In this document: piece after piece, positions 27,980-41,786 of the stretch
Position numbering within the stretch: position 1 is the stretch's first letter
Layout: the number at the start of each line of letters is the position of its first letter
Assembly: GCF_018350175.1 (NCBI RefSeq)
Contig: NC_058368.1
Coordinates: 113,710,001-113,774,000 of the forward strand
Reading direction: 5' to 3'
Length of the DNA stretch: 64,000 nt
Origin: Felis catus
Lineage: Eukaryota
Notes under the pieces: generated by a model
The model's database searches: none
Seen by the model: only the letters and a program-made list of their open reading frames with translations
What the model was told of the DNA's origin: nothing
Position numbers and translations under genes: made by a program

Positions 27980-30000
27980 CTCAGCAATCAGACCACATAA
28001 AGGAATAAAAAGCATCCAAATCAGCCAGGAGAAGTCAAACTTTCACTCTTCGCAGATGACATGATACTCTATATGGAACACCCAAAAGATTCCACTAAAA
28101 AACTGCTAGAACTGATCCATGAATTCAGCAAAGTTCCAAGACATAAAATCAACACACAGAAATCAGTTGCATTCCTATACACAAATAATGAAGCAGCAGA
28201 AAGAGAAATCAAGGAATCGATCCCATTTACAATTGCACCAAAAACCATAAAATACCTAGGAATAAATCTAACCAAAGAGGTGAAAATCTATACACTGAAA
28301 ACTATAGAAAGCTTATGGAAGAAATTGAAGAAGACACACAAAAAAATGGAAAAATATACCAGGCTCCTGGAGTGGAAGAACAAACATTGTTAAAATGTTG
28401 ATACTACCGAAAACAATCTACATATTCAATGCAATACCTATCAAAATAACACCAGCATTCTTCACAGAGCTATAACAAATAATCCTAAAATTTGTATGGA
28501 ACTGGAAAAGACCCTGAAGAGCCAAAGCAATCTTGAAAAAGAAAACCGAAGCTGGAGACGTCACAATCTGAGACTTCAAACTGTATTACAAAACTGTAAT
28601 CATCAAGACAGTATGGTATTGGCACAAAAACAGACACTCAGATCAATGGAACAGAATGGAGAACCCAGAAATGGACCCCACAAACGTATGGCCAACTTAT
28701 CTTTGACAAAGCAGGAAAGAATATCCAACGGAATAAAGGCAGTCTCTTCAGCAAATGGTGCTGGGAAAACTGGACAGCAACATGCAGAAAAATGAACCTG
28801 GACCACTTTCTTATACCATACACAAAAATAAACTCAAAATAGATCAAAGACTTAAACGTAAGACAAGAAGCCATCAAAATCCTCAAGTAGAAAGCAGGTA
28901 ACAACCCTTTTGACCTTGGCCGCAGCAACTTCTTACTCAACACGTCCCCAGAGGCAAGGGAAACAAAAGCAAAAATGAACTACTGGGACCTCATCAAAAT
29001 AAAAAGTTTCTGCACAGCCAAGGAAACAATCAGCAAAACTAAAAGGCAACTGAAAGACTGAGAGAAGATATTTGTAAACAACATATCAGATAAAGGGTTA
29101 GTATCACAATCTATAAAGAACTTCTCAAATTCAACACCCAAAAAACAAATAATCCAATGAAGAAATGGTCAAAAGACATGAGTAGACACTTCTCCAAAGA
29201 AGACATCTGGAAGGCCAACCAACACATGAAAAATGCTCAACATCACTCATCATCAGGGAAATACAAATCAAAACTACAATGAGATCCCACCTCACACCTG
29301 TCAGAATGGCTAACATTAACAACTCAGGCAACAACAGATGTTGGCGAGGATGCAGAGAAAGAGGATCTCTTTTGCAATGTTGGTGGGAATGCAAACTGGT
29401 GCAGCCACTCTGGAAAACAGTATAGACGTTCCTCAAAAAATTAAAAATAGAACTACCCTACGACCCAGTAATTGTACTACTAGATATTTATCCAAGGGAT
29501 ACAGGTGTGCTGTTTCGAAGGGGCACATGCACCCCAACGTTTACAGCAGCGCTATCGGCAATAGCCAAAGTATAGAAACGGCTCAAATGTCAATCAATGG
29601 ATGAATGGATAGAGAAGATGTGGTATATATATAAAATGGAGCATTACTCAGCAATCAAAAAGAATGAAATCTTGCCATTTGCAACTACATGGGTGGAACT
29701 GGAGGTTATTGTGCTAAGTGAAATTGGTCAGTGAGAGAAAGACAAATATATAAGTTCACTCATATGAGGAATTTAAGGTACAAAACAGATGAACATAAGG
29801 GAAAGGAAGCAAAAATAATATAAAAACAGGGAGGGGGGCAAAACATAAGGGACTCTTAAATACAGAGAACAAAGAGAGGTGGGAGGGGGGTGGGCTAAAT
29901 GAGTAATGAACATCAAGGAATCTACTCCTGAAATTATTGTTGCACCTATGCTAGCTAACTTGGATGTAAATTTAACAATCAATCAATCAATCAATAAAAC
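27980..30000 (+). mobile_element. 5'-truncated felid-type LINE-1 of about 2 kb, with TSD
   Basis: ORF2 RT and C-terminal remnants ([28 protein letters not shown]), a 3' UTR and a (CAAT)n/A tail. TSD is AACTTGAAGTTTGT (27966-27979) and AATTTGAAGTTTGT (30001-30014). Confidence 0.95.
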
Positions 30001-31035
30001 AATTTGAAGTTTGTACCCTTTGACCAACATCTCCTCATTTCCTCCCACTCCACCTCCCAAGCCTTAGCAAATACCAATATACTCTGTTTCTATAAATTTA
30101 GCTTCTTTAGATTCCACATATAAGTGAGATCATACAGTATTTGTCTTTCTCTGACTTATTTAGTATAATGCCCTCAAGGTCCACCCATGCTATTGCAAAT
30201 GGCAGGATCTCCTTCTTTTTTGTGGTTGAATAATATTCCATTGTACTTTTTTTTTTTCTTTGTCCATTCATCTGTCAAAGGACATTTAGGTTGTTTCCAT
30301 GTCTTGGTTACTGCAAATAATACTGCAATGAACATGGGAGTGCAGAAACCTCTTCAAGGTAGTGATAATTTCCTTAGGATATACACCCAGAAGTGTAGAT
30401 TCTAGATCTATGGTAGATCATGTGGTACTTGGATTTTCCATTTTTTGAGGAACCTCCATAGTGTTTTCCACAGTGGCTGCAACAATGTACATTCCCACAA
30501 ATAGTGTACAAGAGTTCCCTTTTCTCCATACCCTTGCCAACACTTGTTATCTCTTGTCTTTTTTTACAGTAGCCACTCTAACAGTCATGAGGTGATCTCT
30601 GAGGTTTTGATTTGGATTTCTCTGATAATTAGTGATGTTGAGCATCTTTTCATGTATCTGTTGTCCGTTTGTATATGTTCTTTGGAAAAATCTATGTCCA
30701 GGTCCTCTGCCCACTTTGAAATCAGATTATTTTGTCTTTTGCTATTGAGCTGTATGAGTGTTTTACATATTCTATAATAAGCCCTTATCAGATACAGGGC
30801 TTGCTAATATTTCCTTCCACTTTGTAGACTGCCTTTTCATTTTGTGGATTGTTTCTCCTCCTGTGCAGGGGCTTTTTACAGTGTGATGTAGTCCTACTCA
30901 TTTATTTTTTGCTCCCATTGCTTGTATTTTTGGTCTACATACAAAAAAGTCATTGCAAAGACCAGTGTCAAGGAGCTCTTTCCTTATGTTTTCTTCTAGA
31001 GTTTTATGGTTTCAGGTCTTAAATTTATATCTTTA

Positions 31036-31157
31036 GGGGCTCCTTGCTGGATCAGTCAGTCAGTAGAGCACACAATTCTTGATCTCAGGCTTTTAAGTTC
31101 AAGCCCCACATTGAGTATATATAAATTACTTAAAAATAAAATGTTTAAAAAAAATAA
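31036..31157 (+). mobile_element. Old short CAN-SINE inserted in the minus-strand L1
   Basis: GGGGCTCCTTGCTGG...GTAGAGCA...GTTCAAGCCCCAC followed by an A tail. Confidence 0.8.
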
Positions 31158-31449
31158 ACCTTTAATCCATTTCAAGTTAATTTTTGTAAGTGGTGTAAGA
31201 TATCAGTCCAATTTCATTTTCTTTCATATGAATATCCAGTTTTCCCATCACCATTTATTGAGGAGACTATCCTCTCCCCCATTAAGTGACCTTATTATTT
31301 TGTCTGTAGCACTTACCACCAACTGTTGTGTCTTATTCTCCCCATTATTTTTCTCCCCACCTAGAACACAGATTCCATAAGGGTAGACAAGTACCCGATA
31401 TGTAATAGATGCTCAATACATTTTGTTGAATTGAACGTGCAAGTTAGAC

Positions 31450-31723
31450 TGTAGAGTGTGTTTGCTTGTTTAATTTCTCTGTCAGTAAAGCAACTGCTGT
31501 CATAGTGAGACAGTAACTGGAACAACAACTTGGGAAAACTATTTAACTGCATCTATGAAAGCTGAATGTTCACCTATTCTATAACCAATCGATTCTCCGC
31601 TTCAGTATGTACCTGTAAAAAATGCATACATAGATTCACCAAAAGACATTCCCAAGAAGGTGCTATTATATAATAGCCAAAGTCTGAAAACCACCCAAAG
31701 GTCCTTCAGTAATAGAACAGGTA
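31450..31723 (+). mobile_element. Ancient L1M (L1MC/L1ME-like) 3' fragment, left part; continues at about 38832-39185
   Basis: Typical old L1 3' sequence (AATAGCCAAAGTCTGAAAACCACCCAAAGGTCC) continues after the inserted L1 as AAATTATGGAAT.... Confidence 0.65.
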
Positions 31724-32130
31724 GAGACTTCTAGGGAAGATGGTGGAATAGGAGGATCCTAAGCTCACCTCATCCCATATAACAACCATATCAGTGTAAA
31801 TAACTCAGAAAACAACCTGAAGACTGGCAGAACAAACCCTCTACAGCTAAATGTAAAGAGGCCACAATGAAGAGGGGAGGAAGGGCAGAGACACAGTTGG
31901 GAGCTAAATGTACATGCAGGACTGTCTGCATGTAGGGGAAAGAAACAAACATCCCAGCCACTCCAGGCACAGGCAATCTCCCTAATGTTTGGCTTTAAAA
32001 ACCAGAGGGGCTGAATTCCACAGGCTCTTACAGTAAGGTGTGCCTAACACATGGATCTTTAAAAATCTGTGGGCGTGCTCTGGGAGAATGATCAGAAACT
32101 GTGTGCCCACCCTTAAAGAGCTAGCACAAT

Positions 32131-32260
32131 GGGGTGCCTTGCTGGCTTAGACAGTAGAGCATGGGACCCTTAATCTCAGGGCTGTGAGGTCAAGCCCCAT
32201 GTTGGGCAAGAAGCCTTCTTTAAAAAAAAGAGAGAGAGAGAGAGAAAGACAAAAAACACA
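32131..32260 (+). mobile_element. Old short CAN-SINE inserted in the L1 5' UTR
   Basis: GGGGTGCCTTGCTGGCTTAG head and an A/(GA)n tail. Confidence 0.8.
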
Positions 32261-34325
32261 GCACAAAAAAAGCACAAAAACAGCCCCACAGAGATACGGC
32301 ATAGAAACAGCATTTTTAAAAATGCCTGGGTTATACGGCAGGGAGATTTGTTTACTAATTGTGGAGTATGTGCCACTTCCTTCCCCCAAACCTCCCAGCC
32401 TAGACATCTGTAAGAACCAGCATGGTGACAACACTCTCCATCTCACACCACTGGCTTCTGCATATCTGCCCCCTCCAATGCACCTGCTTCTGTCCCCTGC
32501 CACTGCAGGCCCCCTCCCACAACCAACAGGCAGAGATCTTGTAGCTACAGCACACCATGCTCGTGCATTCTTTTGTGCACATGACCCCTCCAGCCAGGCG
32601 TCAGCTCCAGGTCGCTTACCACAGCAGACCTGTGCAAACTTTGCTAACACTGGGTGCCCCACCCCCACATTCTCCTAAAGACCTGTCCCTTTCAATACGA
32701 CCATGGCCAGAGCCTATCCAAAGATAACCACACACATCAGTCCAACTGTGGCCCACAGTGGACTGGGAGCAGACATCTAGTCCGAATGCAGGTCCCCACC
32801 CACCAACAGAAGTTTCTCAGGGCATAAACAGTTTGGTGCTACCACATCTCTGGCAAATACCTGGTCTGACTCAACTCAAACCCAAGGTGGCCCCAGACTG
32901 GCCCACTAACAACACAGGAACCAAATCCTGCCCATAACGGGCAAAGAGAGCCATGGAATATGAATGAAAGCCAATGAAACTCAGCTACAACAGTAGGGTA
33001 TATGCAACACACACAGGAGACACTCCTCAAGTAACAAGTTCTGGTAAACTGGGGACACTGCACTATAGGACACTACAGGATCTCTTCTTCATAAGGCCAT
33101 TACTTTCAAGAGCAGGAAACATAGCTGACTTTCCTAACACATAAAAACAGAGAGACAAAATGAGGAGACAAAGGAATAGGTCCCAAATGAAAGAACGGGA
33201 CAAAATCACAGCAAGAGACCTAAACAAAGCAAATGTAAATAATATGTCTAGTAGGGAATTTAGTGTAGTGGTCATAAAGATATTCACTGGACTTGAGAAA
33301 AGGGTGGAAGACCTCAGTGAGACCCTTAACAAAGAGAAAGGAAACATAAAAAGAACTAATCACATAAAGAACTCAATTAATGAAATTAAAATATACTAGA
33401 TGGAATAAACAGTAGACTACATGAAGCATAAGAGACCTGGAGCAGTAATGTAGAGTAATGTAAAGTAGTCTTTAAGAGAGAGAAAAATAATAATAAATGA
33501 AAAGAGATTTCATTTAAAGAGATGGTGAACTGAGCAATACCATCAACTGTAATAACATTTGAATTACAGGGAACCCAGGAGAAAAGAGACAAAAGGAGGC
33601 AGATTATTTATCTAAAGAAATAATACCTGAAAACCTCCTAAAGCTAGGGAAGAAAACAGAAACCCAGATCCAGGAGGCACAGAGAGAGTCCCCAACAAAA
33701 TCACACCAAGACACACAGTAATTAAAACAGCAAAAAGCAGTGATAAGGAGAGAATTTTAAAAGCAGCAAGAAAAGAGAAAACAACTTAATACAAAGGAAA
33801 CTCTATAAGGCTATAAGCTGACTTTTCAGCAAAATCTTTGCATACCAGAAGGGAGTGGCAAGATATATTCAAAGTAATGAAAGAAAAAAACCCTGCAGGA
33901 AAAAAATAGTCTATCCAGCAAGGCTATCATTCAGAATAGAAGGAGAGATAAAGAACTTTTCAGACAATCAAAAATTAAAGGAATTCATGACCACTAAACA
34001 AGCCCTACAAGAAATATTAAAGAGGATTCTGTGAGTGGAAAAGAAAGACCATAGTAGGACTAAGAAAAGTAGGAAGTACAAAAGCAGTGAAAATAAGCAT
34101 ATCTATAAAAATCAACCAAGGGATTCACAAAATAAAAGGATATAAAGTATGACACCATATATCTAAAATGTAGGTGGGAGAGAGGAGTAAAGAACAGGTT
34201 TAAACTTAAGTGACTATCAACAATACAGATTGCCAGGTCCATAAGATGTTATATACAAATTTGATGGTAACCACAAACCAAAAACCATTAATAGATATGC
34301 AAAAAAAATTAAGAGGAAGGAACAA

Positions 34326-34552
34326 AGGGGGGGGGGGGTAAACCAAAATAGACTTTTAGAGTCTTTTAGAGTATTGATGGTTACCAGAGAAGAGGTGGGT
34401 GGGGGAATGGGTGTAATAGGTGAATGGGATTAAGAGTACACGTATCCTGATGAGCACAGAATAATATACAGAATTAATGAATCACTATACTGTACACCTG
34501 AAAATAATTTAACACTGTATATTAACTATATTGAAATTAAAATTTTTAGAAA
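34326..34552 (+). mobile_element. Short L1 3'-UTR-only insertion nested in the inter-ORF region of the 31.7-38.8 kb L1
   Basis: GATGGTTACCAGAG...ACTGTACACCTGAAA is homologous to the host element's own 3' end at about 38630-38815. Confidence 0.8.
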
Positions 34553-34562
34553 AGAGAGAAAG

Positions 34563-34752
34563 GAGAGCACCTGGGTGACTCAGTTGGTTGAGCATCTGAG
34601 TCTTGATTTCAGCTCAGGTCATGATTTCACAGTTTTGAGATCGAGGTCCATGTCAAGCTCTGCACTGACAGCAATGGAGCCTGCCTGGGATGCTCTCTCT
34701 CTATCTCCCCTTCCACCCCCCAAAATAAATAAACATTAAAAAAAATAAAAAA
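34563..34752 (+). mobile_element. CAN-SINE
   Basis: GCACCTGGGTGACTCAGTTGGTTGAGC head, CT tract and AATAAA/A tail. Confidence 0.9.
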
Positions 34753-37700
34753 TTGAAAAGGGAAAAGAATCAAAGTATATCACTAAAGAATGCCAACAAA
34801 CCTGAGAGAAGAAAGGAACAGAGAAGAACTACAAAAACACCCATAAACCAAAAGTAAGTACATACGTATCAATTATTACTCTGAATATTAAAGGACTAAA
34901 GACACAGGGTGATGGAATGGATACAAAAACCAAGACCCATCCATATGATGCCTACAAGAGACTTATTTCAGACCTAAAGACAAATATAGATTGAAGGTGA
35001 AGGGAAGTGAAAAGAAAGCCAGGGTAGCACTACTGATATTGGGGGGAAAAAAGAAAGAAAAGAAAAAAACTTTAAAACAAAGACTGTAACAAGAGACAAA
35101 GAACCACACTATATAATCATAAAGGAAACAATCCAACAAGATCTAACAATTGTAAATATTTATGTACCCAAAATGGAAGCACTAAATACATAAAGAAACT
35201 AGTAACAAGCATAAAGGAAGTAATCAATAGTAATACAATAACAGCAGACTTCAACACCCCCACTTACATCAATGGATAGATCATCCAAACAGGAAATAAA
35301 TACACAAACAGTGGCTTTCAATGACATACTGGACCAGATGGATCTAACAAATTATTCAGAACATTTCATCCTAAAACAGCAGAATACACATTTTTTTCAA
35401 GGGCACATGGAACATTCTCAAGAACAGATCACATATTAGGCCACAAAACGACTCTCAACAAATTCTGAAAGCCTTAAGTCATATCAGGTATCTCTCTGAC
35501 CACAATGCTATGAAATTACAAATCACAAGAAAAAATCAGGAATGAGCACAAATGCATGGAAGTTAAATAACATACTATTCAACAATGAAGGAGTCAACCA
35601 AGAAATCAAAGAGGAAATAAAAAATACATGGAGACCAATGAAAATGACAACAGAGTGATCCAAAAATCTTTGAGATGCAACAAAAGCTGTTTTAAGAGGG
35701 ATGTTTATAGCAATACAGGCCTATCTCAAGAAGCAAAAGCTCAAATAAACAACCCAACCTTACACCTAAAGGGGGTAGAAAGAGAAGAACACACCCCAAA
35801 ACAGTACAAGGAAGGAAGTAGTGAAAATGAGAGCAGAAATAAAATAGAAACAAAAAAAAAAAAAAACAGATCAATGAAACCAGGAGCTAGTCCTTAAAAA
35901 AAAGATCAACAAAATTGACAAGCCTTAGTTATATTAAGAAAAAAAAAAAAGCTGAAGACTCAAAGTGAAAAATGAAAGTGAAATAACAACTGACACAACA
36001 GAAATAAGGATTATAAGAGATTATGAAAAATTATATGGCAACAAATTGGACAACCTAGAAGAAATGGATGAATCCCCAGAAACATAAAACATCCCAAAAG
36101 TGAAGGAGAAAGAAATAGAAAATTTCAACAGACCAATTACCAACAATAAAATTAAATCATTAATCAAAAAACTCCCAAAAGTCCAGAACCACATTGCTTT
36201 ACAGGTTAATTCTACCAAACATTTAAAGTAAAATTAATACCCATTCTTCTCAAACTATTCCAAAAAAACCTGAGGAGGAGAGAAAGCTTCCAATTTCATT
36301 CTATATGGCCAGCATTCCCTGATACCAAAACTCAGGCAGAGAAAACTACAAAAGAAGAGAACTATAGACCAATATCTCTGATGAATATAGATACAGAAAT
36401 CCTCAAAAAAATAAAAGCAAACTTAATTCAACAATACATTTTAATAAATCATGCACCATGATTGATTGTGATTTATTCCTGGGAGCAAGAATGGTTCAAT
36501 ATTTGCAAATTAATCAACATGATACATCACATGAAAAAGAAAAAGGATAAAAACCATACGATCATTTCAACAGATGCAGAAAAAGCATTTGACAAAGTAC
36601 GGTACGACACCCACTCATGATAAAAACCCTCAACAAAGTAGTAAACATTTAGAAGGAACATAACTCAAGATAATAAAGGCCATCTATGAAAAACCCACAA
36701 TCACCATCATATTCAATGATGAAAAACTGATGGCCTTTCCCCTAAGGTCAGCAACAAGACAAGGAAGTCCATTCTCACCACTTTTATTCAACATAGTACC
36801 AGAAGTCATAGCCACAACTGTCAGATAAGAAAAATAAATAAAACACATCAAAATTGGTAAGCAAGAACTAAAACTTTCACAATTTACAGAGGACAGGATA
36901 CTATATACAGAAAATCCTAAAGACTTCACCAAAAAACTACTAGAATTGATAAATGAATTCAGTAAAGTCAGAGGATACAAAATCAATATACGGAAATTTA
37001 CTGCATTATATACAATTATAATGAAAGAGTAGAAGAAATTAACAAAACAATACCATCTACAATTGTACCACAAATAATGAAATACCTAAGAATAAACTTA
37101 ACCACGGAGGTGAAAGATCTGTACTCTGAAAACTTTAAAATGCTGATGAAAGAAAATGAAGATGAAATCAACAAATGGAAAGATATATCATGCTCATGGT
37201 TTGGGAGAAAAAGTACTGTTAAAAAGTCTATACCACCAAAGCAAACTATGTATTTAATGCAACCTCTATCAAAATGACAACATTTTTCAAAGAACTAGAA
37301 CAAACAATCCTAAAATCTGTATGGAACCACAAAATACCCCAAATAACCAAAGCAATATGAAAAAATAAGAAGCTAGAAGTATTATAATCCCAGATTTTAA
37401 GATATACTACAAAGCTACAGTAATCAAAACAGTATGGTACTGACACAAAAACAGACACATAGGTCCATAGAACAGAATAGATAGCCCAGAAATGAGCCCA
37501 TGATTATATGGCCAATTAATCTTCGACAAAGGAGGCAAGAATATGCAATGGGGGAAAAGACAGTCTCTTCAACAAATGGTGTTGGAAAACTGGACAACTA
37601 AACACAAAAAAATGAAACTAAACCACTTTCTTACACCATACACAAAATAAACTCAAAGTGGATTAAGTACCTAAATGTGAGACCTGAAACCATAAAAATT

Positions 37701-40245
37701 CTGCAAAAAAATACAGGCAGTAATTTCTCTGACACTGGCTATAATAACATTTCTAGATATGTTTCCTGAGGCAAGGGAAATAAGAGCAAAAATAAACTAT
37801 TGGGACTACAGCAAAATAAAAGGCTTCTGCACAGCAAAGGAAACAACAAAACAGGCAACCTATTTAATGGAGAAGACATTTACAAATGACATATCGTATA
37901 AATGGTTAGTATCCGAAATATGTAAACAATTTATACAACTCAACATAAACACAAATAATCCAATTTTTAAAAACGGGAAGAAGACATAAACAGACATCCC
38001 TCTAAAAAAGATATACAGATGGTTAACAGGACACATGAAAAAATGCTCAACATCACTCACCATGAGGGAAATGCAAATCAAAACCATGATGAGTTACCAC
38101 CTCACATTTGCCAGAATGGCAAAAATCAGAAACACCAAGTGTTGATGAGGATGTGGAGAAAAAGGAACCCTCCCTCATGCACAGTTAGTGGGAGTGCAAA
38201 CTGGTGCAGCCACTGTGGAAGACACTAGTGAGTTTCCTCAAAAATTTCAAAATCCAATTTCCATATGATCTAGCAATTCTACTATTGAGTTCTTACCCCA
38301 AGAGTTCAAAAACACTAATTTGAAAAGATAGAGGCACCCTTGTGTTTATTGCAGCATCAACAATAGCCAAATTATCAAGCCATCCAAGTGTCTGCTGGCA
38401 GATGAAGGAATAAAGAAGATGTGGAATGAATTATCACTTAGCCATAAAACAGAAAGGCATTTTGCCAGTTGCAACAAGGATGAATCTATGGGTTATAATG
38501 CTGAGTGATGTAAGTCAGAGAAAGACAAACACAGTATGATTTCATTCATATGTGGAATTTAAGAAACAAAACAAAGAAAGAAAACAATGACAAACTGAAA
38601 AACAGACTTTTAACTATGGAGAACAAAGTGATGGTTACCAGAGGGCAGATGGCGGGGGGGGGGGGGGGGGGGGGGGCGGTGAAGCAGGTTAAGTGGACGG
38701 AGAGCACAGACATCTTTATAAGCACTAAGTAAAAGGTTACAGAAATGCTAAATACTGTACACCTGAAACTAACATAACACCATATGTTAACTCTACTGGA
38801 ATTAAATACTTAAAAAACAATAAAACATATAAATTATGGAATCTTCACACAGCAATGAGTTAACAAAGCAGAATGGCACACGGTGTATCACAAATGTGAT
38901 GTTGGGCAAAAGCAGCCAGACAAAAAAACAGAACTCCGTTATAAAAGTATAAAAAACAGACAGAACCAGTCTATAGAATTACAAGTCAGGAGTGTTCTCA
39001 GCTAGACAGGGACAGGCCATGACAGCAAGGGACACAAAACAGACTGCTCAGATGCTGATAATGTTCTGTCTGTTGACCTGGTTGATGGTTGTGTAAGTGT
39101 GTTCACTTTATGAAAGTACATCAAGCAGTAGTACACGCACGATTGGCACTTTTGCTGGAAGTATGTTATACTCCAATGAAACATACTCCCTACCAAGCCA
39201 GACCTTTACCTACAGGACAGACAAGGCGAAACACCACACTTCAGCATTCATACACATCGAGTCCTGTCTCATCTAAATGCTCCACCTCAACTGTACCAAC
39301 TAGCACCCTTCTGCTGGCACTGCCTGGGTTCCTCAACTTAGGCACAACAGTAGAGGCAACCCACGTGTGTCAGTCAGATAGGCTGACACGGCCTGACCTC
39401 TAGACAGATTCACAGATGAAGGCTTATGCTACTTTTCCACAGAGAGACATGGCTCAGGTAACGATGCCTCCGGATGTCCAGCTTGCCAGGACTGCTCTGG
39501 TTCCTTTGTAGGCCAGGCCTTTTCCTTTGCACAACAACCCCCAATAGGTCCCCAGATGACAAGCACCCCTTCCTCTTCACTTTATCTCAGACAAGGAACC
39601 TGCAGATTCCGGAGGATAGGAATCAGCTTTTTTTCACTCCCTGCTACATCCTAAATAGCCAGCACAGTGTCAAGTACGTAACACCCTGGCCAGTAAGTAT
39701 CTCTGGTAGGAATATATGAATACGTGACCAAACACAACTACTGAATCTGTGTACCAGGATCTGGTTACTAGAAAGGCAAGGACCTAGGTCCAGGATGACC
39801 ATGGAGAGAAACAAAGTATTTTTAAAAACATACATAAAGGTCTTTCTGAGGTAAGAAAAAATTTTATACCATCAATTCTGTCGCGTAAAGAAAAATCACA
39901 CAATTTATCTTTACCAGGTATAACATTTTTATTCTCTCATTCTTTGAAAATGGCATAGGTCTTATTCAAGTCAGCTGGTCAAAGGTTGTAGACCAGATCC
40001 AGACTCAAAGCAAAAGTAGCTGATTGAGACAGGAAATGACACCTTAGCCTAATTAAAGTTCTGGACACCAACCAGCCAACCAAACCCATCAATGTCACAA
40101 AAGAATCAGCATATCCAATGAGCATAAAAAGACATGGAAACTACCCAATGGTCCCTTAACAGTGGGGCTATGGAAAGACCCCAAGTAGCCACATAAATCT
40201 ATTCATTTATCATCTGTTAACAATTTTCTCCTTCTTGGCAATGGG

Positions 40246-40646
40246 TTTTTTTAAATATAAAATTTATTTTCAAATTGGCTTCCATACAACACCCAGGGCT
40301 CATCCCAACAAGTGCTCTCCTCCATGTCCATCACCCACTTTCCCCTCTCCTCACCCCCCATCAACCCTCAGTTTGTTCTAAGTATTTAAGTCTCTTATGG
40401 TTTGCCTCCTTCCCTCTCTGTAACTTTGTTTCCCCTTCCCCTCCCCGATGGTCTTCTGTTAAGTTTCTCAAGATCCACATATGAGTGAAAACATTTACCT
40501 GTCTCTCTCTGACTGACTTATTTCACTTAGCATAATACCCTCCAGTTCCATCCACGTTACTGCAAATGGCCAGATTTCATTCTTTCTCATTGCCAGGTAG
40601 TATTCCATTGTATATACAAACCACATCTTATCTATCCATTCATCAG
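40246..40646 (-). mobile_element. Felid-type L1 3' end (about 400 bp)
   Basis: A poly-T run is followed by reverse-complement 3' UTR and the ORF2 terminus (KNEIWPFAVTWMELEGIMLSEISQ). Confidence 0.9.
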
Positions 40647-41524
40647 TTTTAGGTACATTAATTAGAAGAAATTCAGTAACACAGGGTAAAGCAAAGTTTG
40701 AGAGGTTATTCAGTGGGCAGTGCAATGGCTTTAGAACAAGGAGTGCTACCATGATCCTCAAAAATGTTCTCACCTTTAATGAGTCTTTGCTTTTGGAGTC
40801 CTCTGATCTTTCCAAAATTATCTGTCCAAATCATCAAAAAAATTAATACACCAAAAAGAGACCTGCAAGGAGTATCACTGTCCGACCCACATCCCTCAGA
40901 CCTTCTCTGTGCTTCCACCAACCAGTATCTGCAACCCCATGAGCAAAATCACACCTCTGTGAAAGTAGATATTCTGTGTAATATCCACCATTCCTTATTA
41001 CTTACTCTTAGCGCCACTTAAGCTTCAATACTCATTTCTCTGTACACTAAAGTCAATGTCAGAGTCAGTTTCCTTCAGTGTGCACAAAACCTATCAATTC
41101 TGCTAGAGAAGATACAAAGTTAGCCCAGCACTGGCTGGGTTGAGGCTCCTTTAGAGACATGAAGATTTATTGAGAGAATCCCTAGGACTTTATCATGTAG
41201 AAGGCCCCAGGTCAATTTCACCATGCTCACATGCACACGTGTCCCTAGAAGCCAATCGAGTCCATTGTTATCCCACTCCCAGAGCACCTCTTAACAATGA
41301 CTGCCACTGAGATCTATGGAGATACACACAACGAAAAGCAAAACCCTTCTTTCTACTGGAATCAACAGTAGCCCTGTTGGCCTACGGGGAAAATATGGCA
41401 CTCACAGTCATTTACTATTGGACAAAATGCTGATTTTGTCTAAAATTTTATTATTCATTGGATCTCTTGGTGTTGGGTATTTAGGATACATAATAACTCT
41501 CCAGGATTTTTTCTAGAAATACAG

Positions 41525-41655
41525 CCTGAAAATTACCTGCATCACAATTATCTGCTCTGCCTATGTAAAATGCAGCTTCCTAGGTGTCACCTTTGACCTA
41601 CTGAAGACTATGCTCTGGACTGAAGGGCTGAAATCTACATTTTAAACAAGACCAG
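41525..41655. mobile_element. MER5-like DNA transposon fragment
   Basis: CTGCATCACAATT...AAAATGCAGCTTCCTAGG...GACCTACTGAA...AATCTACATTTTAAACAAG. Confidence 0.6.
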
Positions 41656-41786
41656 TGGCGATGTTTCAAGATTATGAAGATGGGAGTCTGAAAGGCTTTT
41701 GCCTTGGCCATGCCTAGTCACCTACCACTTGGCCTGGCCTTTTTTAGAGCAGAGTTACAGCAATTCCATCTAAAGGGTGGGACAGA

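Larger units (their letters stand above)
27710..31285 (-). mobile_element. 5'-truncated old LINE-1 (3' UTR and ORF2 end) in sense orientation to SPOCK1, split by a younger L1 and a SINE
   Basis: Reverse-complement L1 3' UTR at 27710-27979 resumes collinearly at 30015-31285 (GATTCCACATATAAGTGAGATCATACAGTATTTGTC...). Confidence 0.88.
31724..38818 (+). mobile_element. Near-full-length decayed carnivore LINE-1 (L1_Carn-like), antisense to SPOCK1
   Basis: The 5' end reads GAGACTTCTAGGGAAGATGG. An ORF1 remnant starts near 33160 (MRRQRNRSQMKERDK) and ORF2 remnants span about 34.86-38.5 kb. The 3' UTR has a G tract. A degenerate TSD is AATAGAACAGGTA / AATAAAACATATA. Confidence 0.92.

Noticed and set aside
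18256..38818. Active or autonomous L1
   Set aside because: Both long copies have many stops, frameshifts, deletions and nested insertions, and their 5' UTRs are CpG-depleted.
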